64,000 nucleotides of DNA, from NCBI RefSeq assembly GCF_021869535.1, contig NW_026262712.1:62744001-62808000 (forward strand), in the 5' to 3' direction. Under the pieces are notes generated by a model. It was not told where the DNA came from. It searched no databases and was given only the letters and a program-made list of their open reading frames with translations. This DNA is from Mytilus californianus (lineage: Eukaryota). The first letter of the stretch is position 1; each line of letters begins with the position of its first letter. Both the position numbers and the translations under genes were made by a program. Below are positions 27,474 through 38,370 of the stretch, piece by piece.

Positions 27474-27979
27474 CTGTAAAGACATATCATATCCCTTTAA
27501 AGGATTGAAATAGTTGCCACTTGATTACAATCATATGTGTGTTCCAAAAAAATATACATTGCAATTTTTCAGTTAATGAGTAATTCAAATATGCTAATTC
27601 TTATCAATTAAGAAAAGGGATGGATGATAACGGTTCATATATGTACCTAATGCTATTTTTTAGATAATAATTCTCCATGGTTTATAGACAGGTACTGAAA
27701 GTAATCATAAGAGTTTCCTTAAAAATTAAAAAGTTCTGAAATGACACGTGTCGGACTTATCATTACATATTAAATAGTCTTTATCGAATATGAATTTGTA
27801 ATTCAGTCAGTTTATTATGACTATACCTGGTTATAGTAGTCGATGGTCTTATTGACATCTTCCTCTGGTGTGCAGGGAGTTAAAGCAGGTGAGCCTGGAG
27901 CGTCCACAACAACAAGATGTGAAAAAGATACTTCAAGCTCTTGTTCAGGTTCAGAAGCAGGGTCGTATTTGATCTATAT

Positions 27980-28236
27980 CATAGGTACTTAGGGACTTTT
28001 AAACTTTTAAACCCTCCCTCTTTTTTCCAAAATATTTTATTTTCCATTAATTTAAAATATTCATACTTTTCTGTATTATGCAGACATCAATGTGTTAGAA
28101 ATAACTTTTTTTTTGCTATTTGCTATCAATTCCAACCATTCTATCCACAGCGTGAAATTAACAGAAAACAAAACAAACGGATGTTTGTAAAAAAGGGGGA
28201 GGGCAAAAAAAATTATTCTGTCCCCAAGTACCTATG
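27980..28236. mobile_element. Duplicated copy of the nested MITE
   Basis: Same as 23850-24106, with the left TIR partly eroded. Confidence 0.7.
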
Positions 28237-28319
28237 ATCTACGCATGATGGAGCTATATTTCTAAATTCAAAATTGATTTCTAAAATTCAATAACAATGT
28301 ATAATAATTAAATTTAAAA

Positions 28320-31300
28320 TTACTTTGGAGTAGATGCTTGAGGTTTTGACTTCCATTTCTTTGGCTTTTGTGGAGTCCTAGGGGTTTTTCTATTTGGCAA
28401 TTTCTTTTTGGCTAAATTCATCTTCTGCAGTAGTTCATTTTCAGGGAACAAAAGTTCTCCCTTTATGTCTTTAGCAAAAGATTCAGGTCCAAAGTTGTAT
28501 TCAATTTCCCCAGACTGCAATTTTAGTAGACATCCCTCAACAAGAAACTCCGGCATTGGTGCAAAATGAAGACCTGCTGACAGGTAATACTGTATGAGGC
28601 AATCTACATTTTTTGCAAGTGTTTGAACAACACATTTAGGTGGCATCCACAGTTGAGCATTTTGCTGGACTCCTTTACTCCTCAAGGTTGGCATTTTTAT
28701 AGACATCTGACGTACTTCTTCGTATGTAAATTTTGATGCGTCATACAGTTTTGGACAGTAAAGATATTTGATGAACTCTGTATAATGATCTGCATCAAAA
28801 TTTACAGAAACAACTTTCCCTTCCTCAATATGAATGGTAACCAAACCTTCTCTGAGTTTTGTCTCCCTCATAAAAAGGTCAACTGTTGAAGAATGAGAAA
28901 TCTAGTAGAACTTCGGCAAAAAGTCATTCCCTCCTAAACTTAATATAATGGCAATCTGCATTCCAATAAACTTTTCTGATGTGAAATTTTCTATCATTAA
29001 AATTATTTTAGTTATGTTGTAAATGTCATAGACCTGATTTGGTTTTCTAAGGATGACGTAAACTTCATTTTTGAATGTCCCATTTTCTGTTCTCGGCCAA
29101 AGATGTGATACTGCAAACACATGAACTACAACGGCATCAATATCTCCTGATGAAACAATACTAACACATGATTCTTTAGGTTTGAGACTGTTGCAATATT
29201 CCATTAGCCAGTCAATCTGTGACATCTCAGCTTCTCCTTTATTTTGACGGATACTGTCCAATAACTCATGCCCTTGATATCCACCTACTTCTTTGAATAC
29301 AGCACGAACTGGTGTACAGAACCAATGGCAGGTACATTTCCTTTTTTCACAATCACACGGTGTCATTTGCAGCTCACTGTCTATGTCCAAAGTGATGGTT
29401 TGCTTTAGTCTAACTGCGTTATGTTCTTTGCTAGATAAGTGCTTGCAATTACCTTTCCTTCTGTTGTTGATATTAGGGATGTTTTATCAAATTTTTCAGC
29501 ACTAAGTACTTCTTCTGCGGTCTTAAAGTGTGAAATTGATTGTTTTTGGTTTGTTTTCCTCTGAGCTTTAAAGTCATCTACAGGGGTGAAATTGTACTTT
29601 TCTTCACAGATCGCAAGATGCTTTAGAAGGGGAAGTTAATGTTTGATCTTGCCTACAACATCTTTTCCAATATAATTCAGATATTCATTTCCTGTATGTG
29701 CAAAAGATGAAAATTTGATTCCTGCAAATTCTAATGTAGCATATGTTGTAGAGCTGGTTAAAGATGGAAGAATAGCTTTGCTACCTAGAATGACTGTTCC
29801 GTCACTTCTAACTTTCCCTTTCCATTGTCTTCGTCAAGGTGTTGTTGTTCCTGGTTGGTATAAGTTTGGATTAAGATACTTAAAAGGGCTTTTTGAATGC
29901 TCTGTGATTTCTGTACTTTGGGTTTTGAGCAATCTGGCTTTACTATAGATTGACAAAGATTCATTTGTGATGATATATGATTGATTTGTTTGGACTGTTT
30001 TGCAACTTCTTTATTTCTTTTATCTTCTTTAATTTCTCTTTCTGTTTTTGCTGTCTGATGTCTCTTGAATGGGATGCGGCGAATTGTAACTCCTTTTGAT
30101 TGCTTATGATTTTGTACCAAAGTTTTTGGACCTGTTATGTTGCTTAAATCAGGAATGTCTGTTTTGTCAAAGGCAAATAAATTATTGTTGGCAACATACT
30201 TTTTAATTAAAAATTCACCAGCTTCTTTTGAATGTTGATCAAGAATTGATTCTGGAAGATTATCAGGTTTAGGTTCGTACATGTTATATACATTCTTGTT
30301 TGGTATAGTTGATATTCCTCCTCGTCTTAATATCAGACCTGTAATTCGCAGAATGTATACCATATAAGTTGAATTTAAAGTTATGCCTAGTATGTCTGGT
30401 AGAGACTTTTCTTTTTCTTTATGTTCATTATCTTTTTCTGTAATACTTCTGTGAACAGCATTTAAAGAGTCAATCAATGACATTCGTGGTATTATCGATT
30501 CCATTGTAGCGCCGGACCTAAATGCTTTTATAACATCTTGAAGATCCATCTCTCTCTCTGCATCAAGGGCAAAATTTGTACTGCTACCTTTGTGGGGAGT
30601 AGTAAACAATGACATTTTCATATTCTTGTAGAAAGAACCACACTTGAGATGTGCATGTAGCAGTTTAGTGCAGTAGGCTGTATATGATGATGCACCATTC
30701 AGAAAAGAAAATGGTAATGATGACTTCACAGCTGCCAGCAATAAGTGGTAACCATTCTTTCCTCCAAGTCTCTCTGACAATGAAATGGCACTTATTTCGT
30801 CACATTGTTCCATCATATCAGCATGTAAGGCAAACGTTCCATTTCTTGATTTTCCTCTCTCCATAAACTCTTGCAATTGAAGTTCCCATTTAGATCCTAC
30901 AGTATTATTAGCCAGAATATCATTTTGAAAGGCTTCTTGTAAGGAACGAGTTTGCATGAAGGAACAAATGAATGCCAAGTGAAGTGACAAAGAAAGGCGA
31001 CGAATGTACTTTTTTGCTTTATCTATGTGGTCAGAGTTGATCAGTTTCTTCCAGTCTTTAACATCATCATCACGCATATATTTAAGTATATGAATGAGAC
31101 CTGCATGTTGGTATGCACTGCAAAGGTTGTTTATTTTGGATTTTCTAAGAAGCAGTAAAGGGAACTCTGGCAAAAAGTGTTCGTACTGTCTGTTCTGTTC
31201 TCTAAGTTTTATCAAATTACTTCCTATTTTGTTGTCAGGGCCACAGAGGATCTTTTCATGATTATGAAGGTTACTTGCATGATCAGTCTTGACAAGAATG

Positions 31301-31608
31301 TCATCAAGTGTCTGCCTCAACTTTCCAATGTCGTCATCCCTTCCAGTAGCTGGTGGCGGATGAAGTGTCAACATCACAGGTGGTGTAAATTGCTCAAAAC
31401 CTAAAGTTCTTAGAATATGGTCCTGTTTGTCATCTTCTTCGTTATATACAATGGGTGTGATATCAAATGAATCATCTAGTGACATGTTCTGGAAATCAGG
31501 AATGTCTGTTCTGTCGATCTCAAGGTCTGTATCAAGAGCTTCAAGTTCTATATCTATTCCATCAAAAATTTCTTCCAACTCATTCTCTCTTTCTTCTTCA
31601 TCATCAAC
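28320..31608 (-). pseudogene. Academ-like transposase gene, exon 3, copy contiguous with the 5' exons (transposase core and PIN/XRN-like nuclease)
   Basis: cttttcag acceptor. Motifs LCGPDNK, EFPLLLLRK, FALDAERE, EFAGIKF, ICEEKY, KGEAEM, SSGDIDA, LGGNDFLP, WMPP. Frameshifts near 29806 and 29410; stops at 29636-29638 and 28902-28904. Confidence 0.8.
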
Positions 31609-31961
31609 CTGAAAAGACATATCATATCCCTTTAAATGATTGAAATAGTTGCCACTGGATTACAATCATATGTGTGTTCCAAAAAATTATACATTGCAAT
31701 GTTTCAGTTAATGAGTAATTCAAATATGCTAATTCTTATCAATTAAGAAAAGGGATGGATGATAACGGGACATATATGTACCTAATGCTATTTTTTAGAT
31801 AATAATTCTCCATGGTTTATAGACAGGTACTGAAAGTTATCATAAGAGTTTCCTTAAAAATTAAAAAGTTCTGAAATGACACGTGTCGGACTTATAATGA
31901 CATATTAAATAGTCTTTATCGAATATGTATTTGTAATTCAGTCAGTTTATTATGACTATAC

Positions 31962-32197
31962 CTGGTTATAGTGGTCGATGGTCTTATTGACATCTTCCTC
32001 TGATGTGCAGGGAGTTACAGCAGGTGAGCCTGGAGCGTCCACAACAACAAGATGTGAAAAAGATACTTCAAGCTCTTGTTCAGGTTCAGAAGCAGGGTCG
32101 TTCACTCTAAAGCTTGAAAATGATTCTTCTAAATTCTGATTTTCTGGCTCCTCAATTTCCCTTTGCATTTGAACTTTGATGGTATTCTAAATTCCTT
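31962..32197 (-). pseudogene. Academ-like transposase gene, coding exon 2 (acidic linker)
   Basis: tttcag acceptor and GTATAG donor; 236 nt, phase 1 to 0; premature TAG at 32187-32189. Confidence 0.7.
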
Positions 32198-32643
32198 CTG
32201 AAATTAAAAATTGATTGGTTTTTAGTTTTATGAATGAGCTTTTTTTATATTATAATATGACCTTCTTATTGTTAGCTAAAAGAAAATGGTCTTTCTTTTG
32301 CTTAAATATTTAGTTTTTCCATTCTTATTTTATGAAATCAAGATGAAACTATTACCGTGAAATGATAACTTGCAAAGATGGAAAATAATCTTTTAAACAC
32401 AAAAATGAAAAAAAAAATATCTGATTTAATTCATTAAATTCTGATTCATGACATAATCTTAACAATGGTTTAACTTCATTTCGGAAGAGTAAGAGAAATG
32501 CCAGTTCAGTTTATGCATGCATTTTGCTCTCAAACAAAGCAAAAAATGATAATGTTTTTGTCATGAATATGCATGAAATATTTGCTGCTGGACATTAATC
32601 ATATATTAATCTATTTAACATTTAGATGAGGTAAAGTACTTAC

Positions 32644-34531
32644 TTTCAAAGACCTCAGTCCATAAAGTTGGCAATCCCCAGGTAAACAATTGATGGCACC
32701 TTGTTAGCACTCTCTTCTCCTCAGCATTTAGACATAATACTTCGGTCTCAAAATCTGTTTTCTGCAACTCTATGTCTTCTTTACATTTGCATGTAGTTGT
32801 CCCATCGCATATAGTGTGATCATGCCAATTTTCTATTTCTTTTGCTTCTTTTGGAATTCCTTTGATTGTAATAGGTAAGGTACCTATCTGCATAGATCTA
32901 GATTCCCCTGGTTCTGGGTCCTTGTGATATTTAAGTCGTACCAAACTGTTCATCATAATAATTATTATACAATCTCGGAGGCTGACTTTGACTTTTTCTA
33001 TTCCTGCTGCAGTTTCGTACAACATTTCATATTTCCTCAGGTAGGTATTGAAGTAGCAGAAATCGCTATTTGCCTTTTCTTTCATCCTCTGCTCGCTCTC
33101 ATGTAAGCTTAATGTTGCTCCGGAAAAAGATGTTACAGAAGACACTGTGTTGATTGACTGATAGTTCATTGCAAGTTCTTGTGAGTTGGCATCTTGAAGA
33201 AGTCAAATATAATTTGTGTTTGTCAAATTTAAGAGGGAGTCAAACAAACTATATAATTTCCTAAGCTTTAAATTCAAAAGTTGGCCTACATTTTCTGATT
33301 TTCTTAAACTTTCTTTGTTGATGTAGCTCTCTAATATAATCTGACCAATAACTGGTACACCCATTGTCCATTCTTTCAATATATCAAAAGATGTCCAGTC
33401 TAATGACTCTATTGTGCTTGTTCCGTAACAGGACAGTTTGATGAAGAAACATCGTTTTCAAAATCCGTATCAGCTACTTGCTATACATGAAATATTTGTT
33501 CATTTAGTATTTTCATCATTATATTGTCCCGCAACTCAATCGTACAGTTCTGCCAAATTTGTCGGTATACAATTCAAATGCACCTTTACTGAGAAATATA
33601 ATTTCAGCACAGTTATCGTTGTGTTTTTTTCTTATATGCGCATCAAAAAGAAGACAGATATCTGAAATTTGTACTTCAGTTAAATCACCAGATTCTACAA
33701 AAAGATGAAGTGCAGGAGGATGCTTACAAGTACGTGTACAGTCAACAGAAATTACTTTGTCTATTGCGAAATTTTCTGGTATCAAATTAAGAAGTTGTGC
33801 ATCTAGAACCTCTGGAAAATGCCTCTTGTTTCCCACAATTGAAACGGCTTCTTCGCATTGACTTTTTTTCCTTCTCTGAATTCTTTCAACAGTGCTTAAT
33901 TTTGAAGATTTTAAAAGTATAGACTGAACTTCACAAGCTTCCTTCAAACTGTCTAAGAATTTTGATTTTTGTTCAACGAGTTTTTCATAATTATCTAAAT
34001 CATGGTAGTAATTGCTCTTCCCAAAATGGTGTTCAAATAAACAGATTTTCTTCCATTCCAAATTATTAAAGTCATCTTTATAGTTGTTAATTAAAGTGTC
34101 TATTTGAGATTCGTCTATTTCTAGTGTTTGCAGAATATGGTTTTCTATATTTTCACTTCGGTAAAAGGTTTTTACAACTTTGACGTAGATATCTTTTATT
34201 GTAAGTTCACTTGATATATTTTTTCCAAAGCATTTCTTTTCAATTTGGTGCACAATTTTCTTACAAATATAGAGGTGTTCAGTGTGATGGAAACAATATC
34301 TTAATATAGATGATCTTACACTTATACGGAAATGACCATCAACTTCTTTTAAACCATTAAAAACTCCTTTTGCACATTCAATTTTTTTATGTCCCTAATC
34401 TTATCTGAGGGGCGGTGTTGGTTACGCAAAAACAAAAGAAAATCTTCTAGTTAAACCCATTTGTTTTCTAAGTCATTTTCATCATGGTGAATTGTTAGTG
34501 AACTAAATGAAGGGATGCTGCAAGATTCCAT
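32644..34531 (-). pseudogene. Academ-like transposase gene, coding exon 1 (disrupted)
   Basis: ATG at 34531 just after a ttgtag acceptor; stop at 34451-34453; frameshift in an A7 run near 34385; further lesions near 33530, 33420 and 33207; GTAAGT donor at 32643. Includes track ORFs 33519-34253 and 32615-33169. Confidence 0.7.
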
Positions 34532-35479
34532 TTCTACAAAAAGCAGAGGTAAATATGTCATTTTACATGTTACATGGTTTAGCGTTTGGTGTCATTTGTA
34601 AGTCCCTTGTCCAAAAAAATCTATTTGATTATAAGAAATGACAATATTAATTATACCTCCAAATTACCATCCCTCTTATACCCCATAAATAATACATGAG
34701 TTTTCTTCTATAACACCCTTCTTATTATTGACAACCATAATTATGTCATTCATATTCTAAAAAATGTGTAATATTTGCTACTGTGCATAAAAAATTAACA
34801 TTTACTCTAGTAATTGATTTCTGGCATTACCTATAATAAATTACATTAAAAAAAATAATCCCATTTGCACAAGGATTTGTATCCTTGCATTTGCAATATT
34901 AACATTAATTATAATATAATTACCTTAATAGTTTTCTTTTTTCATGTCAACCTCTGTCTCCAGCTTTCACATCAAATTTTAAGAAGTCTTCAAATCTTTT
35001 TCTATTTCTATATTAATAATCACTACAAATCATTTATACACATTTATAACTGTACTATAAAATAAATGCTGAAGATAGTATATATTAAGTAATATGATAT
35101 GCATGTGACCAGTTATTCAGGAGATTAAGATAAACAAACCCAGCATGATACATGGTCTGGGGTAATTGGCATTTACATGATGTCTGATAAGACCACAGCT
35201 ACAAAGTAGCTGTAGATTCGGGCTTATATCTTAGAGTGAATCGCACCTCAGGACACATCTGCACCAGGAATGCGACACACAGTTAAAAAGCCAAAAGCTA
35301 GCCGATGGCGGATAAAAGCCGAGTCACGTCAAAAGACATACTACCGAAAGAAACACAATAGCACGAAGACAAATAGCGGTGAAAATAAAATCAAATAAAA
35401 AGATACACGACTTCAGTACCTAGAATCTAAAACTCAAGACCATCTTGTATTATTTGTGAAGTAGACACTGAATATTTAT

Positions 35480-35960
35480 CTGGTTCTGGTTTGTCGTCTG
35501 GTTTGTCATATATTGTGGTACTGAGATGACCTCTTGTCAAATTCGAGGTAAATGTCTAGAAATTATGTGGAGGAAGATGTATCTGTAGTGTCTTTAATCT
35601 CTAGTTCAGGAGGATATATTAAAGGGACCCAATTAGAAAATTTGGATTGTTAATTGAAAGACCATCATCAATATACTTGTATGTGAAATTAAATAATCTA
35701 GATTCTTTAATCTTCTTGTATGAAGGAACTCCGACTCAAACGAAAATTAGAAAAGGTCGGCTCGGAGAGGTGCACAGTTGGTTCCCATGGGATGCCGACA
35801 ACCTGCTGGAAAATTCTACCTACAAATTCATCAATCAAAAATGTTGTCAGTGAGAAAATCCACCATACTGATCACTTGTTCTTCGGTGTAGCATGTTTTA
35901 TTTTCGGGCTCATTTCTTACAAAATGTGTAGAATTATATCCCAAAATGATACATTTGTAG
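35480..35960 (-). mobile_element. Degenerate Penelope-like RT core fragment
   Basis: Across frameshifts the minus strand reads IFQQVVGI.MGTNCAPL.ADLF...FNFTYKYIDDGLSINNP...IYPPELEIKDTTDT...FLDIYLEFD...IYDKPDD. Confidence 0.8.
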
Positions 35961-37954
35961 CGTATTGTACCATTTTTATGAAGGAAAGCATTGTGGATTA
36001 TTTCTTTAAGACGGGTTTTTAATTTGTCATGTGGTTTAGTGGTGTAAAGGGTGGAAAAATCGAAGGTGTTTATAGAATTTATTCCAGAAAATGACCGAGA
36101 TTTAAAATTTTCCAGGAGTTCTTTTGAATTCTTAAGAAAAATTGACTCAAGTATCAGACAAATTAGGAAAAGCGTTTTAGAACAAAAGAAAATTAAAAGT
36201 GAATATTTGTTTGGGTGATGAAAATTTCAACAAAAAGCTCAGTATACTTCGTCCTTTCCTAGTTTCTTAGACTCAGACACAAAAGGTTGATATTTTTCTG
36301 ACATGGAGCGAAAAAAAGTATATTTGTATGAAACACTTTCTTGCCTGGAGTTATATTCAAATGTGAAAGTATTATCCCAAAGTCACTTTTAAAAAATATC
36401 TTATGTCCAGGTAAATTTGGCAACAATTGTTTACAGATGTTTAGCAGACAAGGACTATACAATGAAAACAATCGACAACGCATGAACTGTAAAATGAGTG
36501 AGACCAAATGCATCTACAGGGTATTTACTCCTTATATGAAAGCATCTCCCGATTCCACAGACAAATCCATTAGAAAGTGTCAAAGGCTGGAAAATGACAA
36601 ATCCGGTAATAAAGTAAATTGTGAGATCTAAGATTTAAAATGTCTCTTTTAAGCTAACACTGAATGACTTGTTTGAATGGTTTTTGAGTGACAAGTATTC
36701 CTCTGATAGTAAAATTGCTATAATGCGAAAGAGCTTTTGCATATATATATTGATTCGGGCAGGGGCGGATCCAGCCATTTTTAAGGCGGGGGGGCTCCAA
36801 CCATATGTCGCCATTCAAAAGCATTGATCGTCAAAAAAAACACCCGGTCCCCTGGATCATCTACTGTCGGGTGAGGTAGTTCAAAAAAAGCTTTAGGCTG
36901 AGGCAGGTGAAATATAACTACTCAATCATGGTAAGTTGATGATGGGAATCAGAAATCATCGTGTTATTTGAAGATTCTAGCTTTCAAGTTTTTTGTCAGA
37001 GTCATTTTAAAACGTCTGGTTGTATGAAGCTTTGAAGAACCCTTAATTTCAAGTTCACTTGGATCTCTTACTGAGATGAAAGTTATTACTGGACAATAGT
37101 GCTTTTGAATGAAATTCGATAAGACGACGTGCATCATATAGTTGAATATATCCACGACAATTTGTGACATACTCCAGATTAACGGATGCGTGATACCAAT
37201 TGTAAAACTGTTGTATTGGTTTAGACTGAGTATAGTCTTGACTTAACTGTTACTGTACCAGTAACCAGTAATATAACCCTTATTGTGCTTGTTCATGGAA
37301 GGCACTGTAGTAAGCACTAGCTCTTCAGATGCGAACCAACTGTTATACTTAACACCATTCACAGAAGATATATGAAAGGGAAATTCACTATCAGGGAACA
37401 AACGTCTTCCGGGGGGTGGGGCTGGGGGTGGTGTTAAAAACATCCAATATAATATAGTCTAAGCCTGTCACATTTTCATATACGTCTCCATAGTTTGGAA
37501 CCTCGTCAGTGAATGTCGTGTGTCGTATCTAAATGATTTTCGTTACTTGGGAAATTGGTATAAATAACAACAGGTCATTGATTGTTTCTGTTTAACCTAC
37601 TCACTTCTTTTATAGACACGGACGATTTAGAACCTGCCATAATGTATGAAAACTGTACATATGTTGTCCTTTTCTTCATAATAATGGTAGTTGTCGTTCA
37701 ATTTTGTAATTTGGTTTTATTTGTAAAATAAAAAGGGCATATAAAGTGATTTTGTAAAGTGATTTAATTATTCAGTTGTCCATTACCGAGATATAACAAC
37801 TTTTGTGTTTACTGTCCACTTTATTCGTGAAAGTTGGAAAATTAACAACCATATATAATGCTAGAAAAGTTGTTTTGTGAATTTGATCAAGCTGATGGGA
37901 ATACATTCGTTAAAAGAAATTATAGAATGCATTATAGATAAAACAACATCTTAC

Positions 37955-38045
37955 CACTTATCGCCCTTCTTCAGAGGGGTTTTTAAAAGATCTCGTATTT
38001 CAGTCTTCTGTGATGCCAAATCCGTTCCACCAGTTGCATTGCCAT
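37955..38045 (-). pseudogene. USP15: USP15-like pseudogene, exon 1 (1-bp frameshift after codon 2)
   Basis: ATGGCA, then out-of-frame ATGGTDLASQKTEIRDLLKTPLKKGDKW (compare USP15 DLDTQRSDIATLLKTSLRKGDTW); GTAAGA donor splits the Trp codon; 91 nt where 2 mod 3 is required. Confidence 0.88.
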
Positions 38046-38370
38046 TTTACTTCCGTGTTATTGTTATTAACCGAAATTCATTCTTCATGCAAATATATAT
38101 GGCCAGCCATTTTACTATCTATTCAACAATCACAATCATAGACATGATAAAAAAATGTTTACAATAATTGACAGTTGGTTGTCGAGATCGTGTCTACTGT
38201 TGAAATATTTAAATAAGGGATCATCATAACAGGCTTTTTTTTAATATAAATTTAGTTAATGACTTACTCGGCTCGACAAAAGCTTTTTAATTGTTGCTTC
38301 CAATAAACATTAAAGCATTGTTAGTGGAGTCTTTCCACTTTTCTTACATGATTATTGACAAATTCGTTAA

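Larger units (their letters stand above)
23837..32101. repeat. Direct tandem duplication of about 4.13 kb (units 23837-27966 and 27967-32101)
   Basis: Junctions caaa-GT-atttg (23835), ggtc-GT-atttg (27965) and ggtc-GT-tcac (32100) define a 2-bp microhomology. The units align end to end with scattered substitutions and small indels. Confidence 0.92.
23232..35238 (-). mobile_element. Full-length, inactivated Academ-like (AcademX-related) DNA transposon, 12,007 bp including an internal duplication
   Basis: Left TIR CACTCTAAGACATAAGCCCGGATTTAC (23232-23258) matches the right TIR (35212-35238, reverse complement CACTCTAAGATATAAGCCCGAATCTAC) at 24/27. TSD AATC at 23228-23231 and 35239-35242. CA...TG termini. 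Encloses a spliced transposase-nuclease gene. Confidence 0.8.

Noticed and set aside
25842-31612. Plus-strand ORFs overlapping the transposase (25842, 27292, 29293, 29715, 30684, 31177, 31427)
   Set aside because: These are antisense shadows of the coding strand with no independent motifs or splice signals.
23232-35238. Classification as Chapaev/CMC because of CAC termini and a 4-bp TSD
   Set aside because: No Chapa zinc finger or RAG1-like core was recognisable, while the fused PIN-fold nuclease and motif order fit Academ. A profile search is still needed to exclude it formally.
36060-36631. Weak resemblance of ATIVYRCL...VRPN to dual-specificity phosphatases
   Set aside because: No HCxxGxxR motif, multiple stops, and similarity too weak to support by eye.
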